Below, piece by piece: positions 21,928 through 32,800 of a DNA stretch of 64,000 bases. The DNA comes from Histomonas meleagridis 2922-C6/04-290x (taxonomy: Eukaryota > Protista > Parabasalia), in NCBI GenBank assembly GCA_020184695.1, contig JAANOX010000238.1, positions 310,001 through 374,000 of the forward strand. The letters are read 5' to 3'. Position 1 is the stretch's first letter, and the number at the start of each line of letters is the position of its first letter. The notes below the pieces were generated by a model, which worked only from the letters and a program-made list of their open reading frames with translations, had not been told where the DNA came from and made no database searches. The position numbers and the translations under genes are program-made.

Positions 21928-22887
21928 ATGGATACTGAAACTGAAGTTTTCCCAAAAGGCACGAAAATTTCCCATTACAAAATAGCTTCTCTAATAGGAA
22001 GGGGTGGCTTTGGAAATGTTTATAAAGTTATTGAAACAACTTCAGGAGAAGCATTTGCGTTAAAGACAGAGTTGTCATCAGTAAATGAATCATTTCTTAA
22101 GAACGAAACAAAGTGTCTTAAGAAAAACAGGTGTAAGTGTTTCCCAATAATTAGTGAAACTGGTACTTTTAAAAATGTTCAATACTATATTATGCCGTTA
22201 TACGGCCAATCATTATCAGAAATCCGCAAAGAAAGTAACGGTAAGCTAGAGCCAGCCATTGCTTTCCCTCTTATTTATCAGATGTATTTAGTTATCAAAA
22301 AATTACATGAAAAAGGTTATATTCATCGAGATATCAAACCAGGCAACTTCCTTGTTCAAAATGACAGGAAGTATCCACTGGTTCTTATCGATTTTGGACT
22401 TGCTGAACTTCATATCGATTTTGAAACCAATCAACCATTTCAAGCCAAAGAATCCAATCCTTTCAAGGGGACAAAGAACTATGCCTCACCATATGCACAT
22501 TTACGCAAACCAATGGGTCGTCGCGATGATCTCATTTCATGGTATTATTCGTCAATTGAACTTTTAACAGGCCAACTTCCATGGAGAGAATGTGAAACGA
22601 TTGAAGAAATGCGCGAGATGAAGAAGTCTATGACAGCCGCTAAACTTTGTAAAGGAATAACAAAAAGTTTTTGTCCGATTTATCAACATTTAATTAACCT
22701 CAAATATAATTCACAGCCAAGTTACACAAACATAGAGAACCAACTGAAGATAATATTAAAGGAATTAAATATATCACTTAACCAAATAAATTGGGAACTT
22801 TTTTATAGACAACACGCAGGGTTTTCAAAAGAATCATCGGAATCTAATTCAGAAGCAGAAAACAAAGAAGATTGTGTTATCCAATAA
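21928..22887 (+). CDS. Casein kinase 1 / TTBK-like kinase
   Basis: IGRGGFGNVY, FALKTE, YYIMPLYGQSL, HRDIKPGN, LIDFGLA, GTKNYAS, GRRDDLISW, LPW. First ATG at 21928. Confidence 0.92.
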   Translation: MDTETEVFPKGTKISHYKIASLIGRGGFGNVYKVIETTSGEAFALKTELSSVNESFLKNETKCLKKNRCKCFPIISETGTFKNVQYYIMPLYGQSLSEIRKESNGKLEPAIAFPLIYQMYLVIKKLHEKGYIHRDIKPGNFLVQNDRKYPLVLIDFGLAELHIDFETNQPFQAKESNPFKGTKNYASPYAHLRKPMGRRDDLISWYYSSIELLTGQLPWRECETIEEMREMKKSMTAAKLCKGITKSFCPIYQHLINLKYNSQPSYTNIENQLKIILKELNISLNQINWELFYRQHAGFSKESSESNSEAENKEDCVIQ

Positions 22888-23202
22888 ATAAAATTTGTAT
22901 TCTTCGCATTGAAAATATTTTTTATTAAATAATATTCATAATGTGTTTGTTTATTCATTAATTTATTTGTTAAAATGTGATAACAAATAGAATGATTTTT
23001 GATTCATTAAATCTAAATGAAGTTTGTGCATGATTAAAATTATTTCATATTAGAATTAAAATTATTATTTTTATTCAATTTAAACAAAATAATTTTACTC
23101 AGTGAAGCATGCTTCAGATAAAAATGCGATTAAAATCATTAACTGAAATATATGAAACAGATAATAAAAATTTAATTATAAATAATAACATATGTTAGGC
23201 GC

Positions 23203-23691
23203 TTAGAAGCAAAAGGGAGATTCAAAGTTTCCAAAATTCTTTTCGTTATTGGAAACAGAATCATAAAAATTGAAATCAAATATTTTGCTCCCATTATTAT
23301 CTTGATCTGGTTCTTGATTAAAGTTTTGTAAATGGATATCCACTCTCTTATTTTTCTTTAAATGGAGATCACTCACACTTGCGAATTTATCCATCCAACG
23401 CTTCTTTATTTGGATATCTGTACGTCCTTCAAAAAATTTGGAAATTTTTGTCCATTTTGGTCCTAGTTCTTGCATCTTTATGAAAAGTAAATCATCTTCC
23501 TCTTTTGTCCATTCGATTTTTGATTTTGTTGATGATAAATAATGTTTCCATCTTTCACGGCATTGACGTGGGTTTCGATTTTCCATTTTTTTAGATATAA
23601 GCTCCCATGAATTCACCCCATATATTTTTACAAGCTCACGAAGTCGTTTGTCCTCATCAGGTAAAAACTTTTCTCTCCTTCTTGCAGACAT
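23203..23691 (-). CDS. R2R3 Myb transcription factor
   Basis: KFLPDEDKRL..LV..YG..SWELIS..M.NRNPRQCRERWKHYL...WTKEEDDLL...LGPKW..I..FF.GRTD.QIK.RW. Confidence 0.92.
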   Translation of the reverse strand: MSARRREKFLPDEDKRLRELVKIYGVNSWELISKKMENRNPRQCRERWKHYLSSTKSKIEWTKEEDDLLFIKMQELGPKWTKISKFFEGRTDIQIKKRWMDKFASVSDLHLKKNKRVDIHLQNFNQEPDQDNNGSKIFDFNFYDSVSNNEKNFGNFESPFCF

Positions 23692-23889
23692 TTTAAATTA
23701 AAAATGATTCTGAAAATCTTCACATGATTTTTAAATTTTGACCCGTATTGAAAAAGTGGCGTACGACCAACTTATTTTACATAAAATGTCAAATATTCCA
23801 TTTACAAATGAGACTGTTTTTCTATTTATATTTCGCAAATTACGCATTTATCCGTAATAAAAATGTAACACATATGTTAATGTTATAAT

Positions 23890-25029
23890 TTATTTACAAA
23901 ATTTCGCAATAAGCTTTTGATTTGACACAATTATTTGATCAGTAGCATTCTCAACATCAACAATTGGTACCAATTGCAAACGCTTTGAACATTTTGTCTT
24001 TTGTTGTATCAGCACCGATTTTTTTAACAAATGAATTTTTTTGTTTAATACTTCTATTTGCTCTTTTATTAAATTCTGTGGATTTTTTGAATTCACGTGT
24101 TTTACATTTACTTTGCTTAAACATTTATTTAAGTAATCAACTTCATTATCTTTTAATTTTTCGATTTCTTCGATTTGATTCATTGTTATATTTTCGTTCT
24201 GTTTTTGCGAAAGTAAGATTTGCTTTTCAAGTATTTCACGTTGTACTTTGTTTATCAACATTTTTTGTTTCTGAAGTTCTATGGTTTTAATTTCTATCAT
24301 TTGAGAAACAGATTTTTTGAATTTTTCCTTCTCTTTAACTTTTTCATTAAGTTTTGTATATGCAATTTCCACTGAATCAAAGAAAGATTTGATATTTTGA
24401 TAATCATTAAAATTAATATTTTCGAAATTTAGAAATGTTGAAAATTCTTTGAGTCTTTTTATCATCTTTGGATTATATGAATTTGTTTTATCATGAAGCA
24501 AAGTGAAAAAAATTGGATTTGATTTATCAACATGGATGAGATCAGAAATCAAAGAATAATCATTTTGAATTTTAAGTAACTGGAATTGCTTTTGTGAAGT
24601 TGCTGATTTTATTGCATCGAGTTTTAGTTTTCGTTCTTCAAATAATTGTGTGAGCTTGAGGTGATTCTCATTTTCTTCTTCTAATTTGATTGAAATTGTA
24701 TCAATTTTTGAGTTATTTGCTGCATTCTGTAACTCAATATCTTCGATTTCTAATCGAGCTTTGGCAGCTTTAATTTCATTGTCTTCAATTGATTTTTTTA
24801 AGGATTGGATGTTCGAAATAAATTCTTCGTCTGTTTTAACTTTGTCCCCAAAGATACTTATAAGCTTGCTTGATCTTTGTATGAAAGAAGAATTTGGAAA
24901 TATTGCAGATTGTTTTGAAATTTCAAAATCTTTTTTATCGAGAATAGTTTGTGATTTATCATTTGTTGTACTTGTATTTTGTTGTTGTGAATAAAATATA
25001 TTGTTTTGTTGATCAGAAAATTCATTCAT
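23890..25029 (-). CDS. Hypothetical coiled-coil protein
   Basis: 379-aa ATG-initiated ORF, K/E/Q/I-rich heptads. Confidence 0.7.
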   Translation of the reverse strand: MNEFSDQQNNIFYSQQQNTSTTNDKSQTILDKKDFEISKQSAIFPNSSFIQRSSKLISIFGDKVKTDEEFISNIQSLKKSIEDNEIKAAKARLEIEDIELQNAANNSKIDTISIKLEEENENHLKLTQLFEERKLKLDAIKSATSQKQFQLLKIQNDYSLISDLIHVDKSNPIFFTLLHDKTNSYNPKMIKRLKEFSTFLNFENINFNDYQNIKSFFDSVEIAYTKLNEKVKEKEKFKKSVSQMIEIKTIELQKQKMLINKVQREILEKQILLSQKQNENITMNQIEEIEKLKDNEVDYLNKCLSKVNVKHVNSKNPQNLIKEQIEVLNKKIHLLKKSVLIQQKTKCSKRLQLVPIVDVENATDQIIVSNQKLIAKFCK

Positions 25030-25368
25030 TTTATGTTTTGATTCATGTACGTTTAATAATTTCCGAAAATTTCTTGGAATACAGCTTTAGTACTCTCTAA
25101 TAAATGCAGTGAAATAGAGACTATCATGGCATTTATTTGGTGATTATAAATAATACAAAATTTGTTGATGAATCGAAATCAAAATATAATTAGATCCTCT
25201 AATTTTGTTACAAATGAAATGATTTGTATCTAGTTATTTGTTTAAATAAATAAAAATAAATGTGTTTCAAATTACTATTATTACTATTATAAAAAAAAAT
25301 ATTTAATGTTTGAATCCACTTTTCATTTATAGGAAAGTGACAGTAATATTTTTTTTTGTAATCAAATA

Positions 25369-26121
25369 ATGGAAGATACAATTAATAAAAAATATTCTTA
25401 TGAACAAAAAGACATTCCTCAAAATTTAGAGAATATAATATCAAAGATAAATAACAATAATATTGAAGAATCGGCTGTTTTAACTCTTGATTTTTATGAT
25501 GAAAAATTTCCCTATTCATTTCATCTTCTTATATATTATTTAATATATTCATACAGTATTCAACCTCAACAAGATTCAATTATATATTTAAATTATTTAA
25601 AATATCTTGAAGAAAAGGAAGAAGAAATTAACAAAAATAAATTTCAAGTTATAGAACAATTCAAAGAATTTCTTCTTAAATATTATTCCAATGAATCATT
25701 ATATCTTCTTGCCAAAATGGTTGATGAAAAATTCATTGATTCAACCTTTCCAAAAAAACGAATATATTTTGCGCATCTTATGACATCAGAAGAAATTAAA
25801 AAAGAAAATTATGAATATTCATATTTTATTGATAATTATGATGAACTTTCAAAGAATGATTGGGAACTTCATAAGAAATATGTTAAAGAAGGACATAATC
25901 CCAATGAAATTGCTCAGATAATTCGAAATGATGAAATCGAAAAACTACAAGAAATATCATCACAAACAAATTTTTATTTTAATCGAACAATTAAACCATC
26001 ACTTTATGAAAGATGTTCTTTTATTAATCAAGAAAATGTTACATTAATTGATTATGCAGCATTTTTTTCTTCTATTAATTGTTTTTTAAATGACAACTGT
26101 TTATTTGTTTTTTCATGTTAA
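25369..26121 (+). pseudogene. DUF3447-type ankyrin-associated gene, 3'-truncated
   Basis: Shares EGxNPNEIAQIIRNDEIEKLQEISSQ...PSLYERCSFINQENVTLIDYAAFFSS with the two full copies, then homology stops at SINCF. No ankyrin array follows. Confidence 0.75.
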
Positions 26122-26615
26122 ATAATATGATTCTTGTGTGTTAATTTTGGATATACGTTTGATAAAAATTGAAATTAGTTTATCGATACTTTGATTTTTA
26201 AAAGTGTTTTTAAAAAATTTAAGTAAATATCAAATTCATGTTTTAGTGTGATATAAATGCATTATAAACGATGTTACTTATCATAATATTAAATGTATAG
26301 GGATAATTTTAATCGAATAATTCCAATACTTTTTTAATGGATGGCTGTATGTTTTTTTCGGTTAAACTGAATATAGTTTTCTCAAGCTCGATTAAGAATA
26401 TCAAGCAGATTGATAAATCATTCAAATTTTTATCTCCTGTATTTATGGTGGTAGTATCATCATTAGCATGTGGTTTGTCAAAATCGATTCAAAATCAAAA
26501 AAGATAAAGCGCTAAACCTTTGTTTATGCAAAAGTCAAGTTACGAACATGCATATAATATTAAAATGTAAATTATTTAAAGAACGATGTTTTTTAATTTC
26601 GGTGTATAAAAAACC

Positions 26616-26622
26616 AAAAAAA
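26616..26622 (-). terminator. Pol III oligo-T terminator of tRNA-Asp
   Basis: T7 run directly 3' of the tRNA discriminator on the minus strand. Confidence 0.75.
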
Positions 26623-26694
26623 CTCGCTGACCGGGAATCGAACCCGGATCACAGGAACGACAATCCTACATGATAACCATTACACTATCAGCGA
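26623..26694 (-). tRNA. trnD: tRNA-Asp(GTC)
   Basis: Minus strand TCGCTGATAGTGTAATGGTTATCATGTAGGATTGTCGTTCCTGTGATCCGGGTTCGATTCCCGGTCAGCGAG. 7-bp acceptor stem, anticodon loop TT-GTC-GT, T-arm GGTTCGATTCC. Confidence 0.95.
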
Positions 26695-27087
26695 CTCCAT
26701 AAAATTTTTTTAAATAATTAATAAAATAATATAAAAGAGAAAAATTTCCAGTTTTTTTTGGAGCAAAATTTAGAAAACATATTGGAAAAGAAGATGATAT
26801 AGATAAAGTTGGTATGCTCTGAAGAAAGAAAAAATCATTACAGAAAGTTGGATCGATTTGGTCCAACAGAGATTATCACAAACAGAAAATTTTCCAGGAA
26901 GAATAGCGTTAATTGATTTATTATAAACACAAGAAAATTGGAATCCCATTACATTGATTAGAAAAGGCTCTATTAAATGGAACTCAAATAGAGCTGAAGG
27001 ATTCTTTAGACACATTGGATATAAAAGTGAAACACTAATAACATTATAAAAAAACATAATGAAGTTATGAAGTCATAATGACATAAT

Positions 27088-27230
27088 TTAAAGAACATCC
27101 ATATGAAAATGTTCCTTTAGGTCGAGCAAAGCAAAAAAGGCCTTACAATTGTAGGAATTGTGTCGAATATAATCACAATAAAGCTAAATATCCTTATATA
27201 ATTAAAATATTTGACGATAATTTCTTGTAG
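27088..27230 (+). mobile_element. Possible transposase C-terminal zinc-knuckle relic (MULE-like)
   Basis: ATG-less frame PLGRAKQKRPYNCRNCVEYNHNKAKYP resembles GRP-K/R...CxxCxxxGHxxxxC with the last Cys lost. No TIR pair found. Confidence 0.3.
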
Positions 27231-27339
27231 GTTTGTCATACCATTCCAGGGATGGTTTGCCCGCTAAAATTTTTGAATCAAAAATTTGACTGGGTCTGTC
27301 TGACGGAGAAAACGATTCCCCATTTTATTGATCTAGTTA

Positions 27340-27602
27340 AAATATTTTAATAATTTGGAATATGTTTTAATAATTTGAAACATCACTTTATATAGCAGTT
27401 AAAAATAATAATATAGAAATAGTAAAATTACTTTTAGATATAGGAATTGATGTTAATGCAAAAACTATTCATTTGAATAATGTGGAATATGTTATAAAAA
27501 TTTAAAGCAGCACTTCATATAGCAGTTAAAAATAATAATATAGAAATAGTAAAATTACTTTTGGATAAAATGTTAGACATCAACAATTTTTTAACTTATT
27601 GA
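27340..27602 (+). pseudogene. Orphan ankyrin fragment of a second subfamily, two modules with a 28-nt insert
   Basis: TSLYIAVKNNNIEIVKLLLDIGIDVNAKTIH starts at 27380 and AALHIAVKNNNIEIVKLLLD at 27507. Period 127 = 99 + 28 nt. Confidence 0.7.
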
Positions 27603-27700
27603 AAAATACAATTATGTATGGTTATTTTAATAATATTTAAATAGAATAGCAAGATTTTTATTACTTAATTATTCGAATTTTATTTGTTTAAAAATTGCTT

Positions 27701-29763
27701 CTAGATGGATTTTAGTAATTTAATTATTTTTGTATACCTATATTGAGTTGCTACAATAAGTGCTGTTTGTAATAATTTTAATAATTTCCAAATATTAATT
27801 GTAAATACTAATTTATAATAATATATTTTAAATAAAACAAATAAATATCTTTAGCATTAATGTCAATTCCTTTTTGTTCAAGAAGTAATTTAACTATATC
27901 TGAGCTACCTCTTGAAGATGATGCTAATATAAGTGCTGTTTTAAATATTTTAAATAAATTCCATATATTATCTTGAAATAAATAATTATTAAAATAAACA
28001 TTAAACAAAACAAATAAATATCTTTAGCATTAATGTCAATTCCTTCTTGTTCAAGAAGTAATTTAACTATTTCTGTATGACCATTTTCAGATGCAATTAT
28101 AAGTGCTGTTCTAAAAAATTTAAATAATTTCCAAATATTATTTTGATATATAAAATTATTAAAATAAATATTAAATAAAACAAATAAATATCTTCAGCAT
28201 TAATATCAATTCCTTCTTGTTCAAGAAGTAATTTAACTATTTCTGTATGACCATTAAAAGATGCATACATAAGTGCTGTTCTAAAAAATTTAAATAATTT
28301 CCAAATATTATTTTGAAATATCAAATTATTAAAATTAATATTAAATAAAACAAATAAATATCTTTAGCATTAATATCAATTCCTTCTTGTTCAAGAAGTA
28401 ATTTAACTATTTTTGCATAACCTTTTTCAGATGCAACTATAAGTGCTGTTTTAAATATTTTAAATATTTTCCAAATATGATTTTGAAATATCAAATTACT
28501 AAAACATATAACTACAACATTAATATTGATTCCTTTTTGTTCTAAAATATATTTAACAAGTTCAATATTTCCTGATTCTGAAGCAAATACTAAAATATTT
28601 TTCGGAGGTTTATTATCTTGAAGATAATGTTTAACAAGAAGATATAAATTTCCAGCTCTTGCTGTTTCATCGATTATATATTCATTAATTTTCATGATTT
28701 CACGTTCCAAAAAGTAAATCGTTTCATAATTCCAATACTTGATACAAAAATATCCCAAATTATTTATATTTTTCACTCCAGGATTACCACATAAATTGGA
28801 ATTTGTTCGTTTTGATGGATGTGGTATTGTTTGTTGGTCATATTCAAGCATTTTTTCTAATTTATTTTCATAAACATATTTTAAGACATCATTTCGATGA
28901 AACATAATTGCTGTTTCATATGCACCTTCAAATGATGAATGATTTTGTTCACATAAATGAATAATTTCTTCATTTCCACCTGCAACTGCGTATATACCTG
29001 TGTTATTTACATTTGCATTATTCATAAGTAAATATTTAAAACATTTAACTGAAGAAAAAAATGCTGCATAATCAATTAATGTAACATTTTCTTGATTAAT
29101 AAATGAACATCTTTCATAAAGTGATGGTTCTATTGTTTGATTAAAATCAAAATTTGTTTGTGATGATATTTCTTGAAGTTTTTCTATTTCATCATTTCGA
29201 ATTATTTGAGCAATTTCATTTGGATTAACTCCTTCTTTAATTAATTTCTTATGAAGTTCCCAATCATTCTTTGATAAAACATCATAATTTCTTAAAAAAT
29301 TATTATTAATTATATCTTTTTTATATCTTTTCTTGCTTTCTGCCTTTGTTTTATAGTGCGTAAAATATTTTGTAATTAATTTTTCTGTAATGTTTGAGTC
29401 AATTAACTTTCTTTCAATCATTTTTTCAATTATGTAATATGACTCTTGTGAATAAATATTTTTTATATAATTACAAAAAAAATCCATGATTTTGTTTATG
29501 CTTTTTTCTTTTTTACAAATTAGTTCTAAATAATCAAGATAAATATGTATATCTATATTAATTCGTGATAAAAACGAAAAATAAATTAAATTAGTTATCG
29601 TAAGTTCAAATGAAAATGGAAACTCCACTTCAAATAAATTCATTGTTTTTATTACTGAATCTTCAAGATTTTCTTCTGTTAAATTAAATATAACATGTTC
29701 AAGCTCATAAAGCATTTCTACATAAATTGTTTTTGTTTCGTTGGTCTTTTCAGCTCTTGTCAT
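27701..29763 (-). CDS. DUF3447-type N-terminal domain plus ankyrin array, interrupted by non-canonical inserts (inferred whole gene)
   Basis: ORF 29763-28321 continues through ankyrin modules starting at 28449, 28279, 28109, 27939 and 27766 (periods 170, 170, 170, 173; the 173 unit has one extra codon). It ends TALIVATQYRYTKIIKLLKSI-TAG at 27701. The joined product is an inference. Confidence 0.7.
27766..28533 (-). repeat. 170-nt ankyrin+insert tandem array (5 modules)
   Basis: Repeated AAGTGCTGTT on the plus strand at 28441, 28271, 28101 and 27931, with TGCTGT at 27761. Confidence 0.95.
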
Positions 29764-29781
29764 ATCTAAATGTTTACAAAA

Positions 29782-29787
29782 AAGTGA
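29782..29787 (-). promoter_or_regulatory. Initiator (Inr) TCACTT for the DUF3447-ankyrin gene
   Basis: TCACTT about 20 nt upstream of ATG 29763; fits the trichomonad TCA+1Y(T/A) Inr. Confidence 0.55.
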
Positions 29788-29801
29788 ATTTATATTAATT
29801 T

Positions 29802-29820
29802 ACACACACACACACACACA
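29802..29820. repeat. (AC)n microsatellite
   Basis: ACACACACACACACACACA in the 75-nt gap between the BEACH stop and ATG 29763. Confidence 0.95.
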
Positions 29821-29838
29821 AAAAAATAAACATAATTT

Positions 29839-32800
29839 TTATTCTAAAAACAAAGGTATAATAAACAATTTTGCATCAGAGCTTAAAGCCACTATAACCT
29901 TATAATATTTATTATAGCTCATTGCTATAATATTTTTATTACAACTCGCTATATGTGTCACATTTTCAGGCCAATAAGCCTCGAACACGAAGATATGACC
30001 GAAAGAGTTCGCGCAACAAATGTAATCGAATCCCGAAACATCTCTAAACGTATTCCATTTATAAATCTGGAAGTCGACGAATGTTTTTTTAATGAAGAAA
30101 CCATTAATTGTGAACAGCATAATTTCGTTAGATGAGTTATAAACAATAATAAACCCTAAACCATCAGTGATGATAATCTTTTCCACCATACATTTCAAGT
30201 TTATAGAATTTATTAATTTCTTTTGATGTATGGAATATATCCTTAAATATCCATCATTCGTAGCGCACACAAAAATACCATAAATATCACTCACATACAC
30301 AGAAGAAATCGTTTCTAATGTTATCGAAAACAAAGGATATGTTTTAAACTTAGGCGCTTTCCATCGTTTAACAGATCCTGTTTTCGTTGCTGTAATAATT
30401 TCATCATTCGGTCCACTAAACGCAAAATCAATTTGAGGAATTTGGACATTTATAACTTTATATTGCTCAAATCCTATACAATGAATTTTCTCTTTTTTCT
30501 CATCAAAAATAAAAACAACATCATTCGATACAACAAATATTGCATCGCTTGGTGGCTTTAATCTTAAAGGCGCAAGATATACAGGAGTAATATTTTGTGC
30601 ATTAATATCAACAAAAAATCGTTGTTGTGTTCCATCATGAAATGATGTTATTAGTCGAATTCCATTTTTCTCAAAGATAAATCCTTTCTTAATTGTACAT
30701 GGACGAGGGAATTTAATTTTAATGATATCATTCACAAAACATTTTTTGTTTTGTATTCTTCGTGGTGGAATATTCTTATAAAACACTTTCGGTGGTATGG
30801 AGCCAAGCTTAGATAATAATGTCGGTATCATTTCTTGTATTAAATCCTTATTTTTATATGCGTCTTCATATAAATATGAATTAAAGACATCAATGTTTTC
30901 AAGTTGTGCAAATTCATGTTGTGAAATGCCCCATAAATGATTAATGAAATGACATAAATGTGTCGATACTGAATCACTTTCAAGTAATTTACGTGATTCA
31001 TAAATCATATCATAAATTGTTGAATAAGAAGTTTTTAAATCGCCGATTTTCATCTCATTTAAATCTAAAAACATCTCAGGAAATGAATAAAACTCAGCAG
31101 TCGATTCTTTCCATTCATCATCATTTAATAATGAATTAATGAAATTATTTAATGAATTAAACATTCGTTCTTTAACATCGAATTTATTATCATGGATTTG
31201 TAAATGTAATTGTGTATAAGGTTCAATACGTACAAAATAATATGATAATAACATAGCATTAGAAGGCGATGCGCCGAATATATAATTATTCATTTTAAGG
31301 TTTTCGATAAAATGATCAATTCGATTTTCCGTTTGTGAATTTAAAGGAAATTCGAAGTTTCTTAATTTAACTTCATTAAAATATATCCATGGAAAAATGA
31401 TATTATTATTCGGGTCTTTAAAACTTCGGCCACTAAACATATTTAAATATAATAAAAACTCATAATTTGTATATTCCCCACTTAACCATTTCGTTAATAT
31501 ATTCGAATGTGATATAAATTGTGGATATTGTTCATTTTCTTTATATATCAAATTCTTCATTGGATATGACTCGAATGAATTCATAATAGCAGAAGATGTA
31601 TTAGGTGAGAAATCTAATAAATATGATGAATTATTAGTTAAAAAAAACTCAATTGCAGTCGGCTTTTGATTACGATTTCGTGTTAATATATGTCGAATCT
31701 TAGAATAATTTATTATAATGATTTTATGATTTGTAACAATTTCAAATCTATTTTTAAAAACTAAAAAAATACATCGAATAGTTTTCGAAATTGTAATTTT
31801 ATAACATGAGAATTTAGTGATATAATTCTTTTCTTTATATGATATCTTTTGTTTAGTAGAATGTTCTGGATGAAAACGTTTTAATAAAATACAATTAAAA
31901 TCTTTCGAAAATGAGAAATCTCTTTTCCATTTACATTCGTTAAAATCTTTAAAGTTAAATAATGGCTCCGCTCGAATTAAATCCTTTAATAATAATTTCG
32001 ATTCTTTTTTCCAGATTTCCATATATTCTAATTCCTTTTCAATGAATTTCTTAATTGGTGTCTCAATACTATATTTATGTTCCGAGATAAATTTTAATGG
32101 TTCTTCGAAACTTTCGAATCGTGAATTAATTTGATTTAAAAATGTGTTCACTTTAAACTTCAAAGTTCGAAGCATTTGATGAACATTTGGATAATAATGT
32201 AAAACATAATCAAAAGTTTCATGAACATTTTCAAGTGAATTTCGATCATAATCAATTAATCTTAAGACAAATGTACCAAATGTATAAGAGTTCGACATTC
32301 GACTTATAATTTCATGTATAATATTATGTAATTCTTCGACTTTTTTGTCTCGGAATTTAATTTGTATTTCTGCTTTAGTATATAATGAAAACATATTCTT
32401 CATTTCAAACATATTCGTGATTTTATCTGCTTTTTGTGGATAAAATTCTTCTGTTTCTTGTTGGAAAGGTGATTTACTTATTAAATCCCAAAGTTCAGGA
32501 GAAGTTGGATCGAACATTACTTGTACGAATAATATTAAAAAACAACGTCTCATTATAATAATTGATTTCGATTTAGTTATATTTGGTTTTAAATTATTAT
32601 ATACTTTTTGTAATATATAAACTTGTAAATTAAATGAGTCTAAATTTGTAATTGTTTCTAAAATCTTTAATGTAATTATTACTGAATCAAATGTATCTTT
32701 ATTAAAATCATTAATTATCATATTTACTATAAATGTACAAATTTTTTCTTTAACTTCTTCTTCTTTAACTTGTAACGCAAATATTATTGGCCAATTCATC

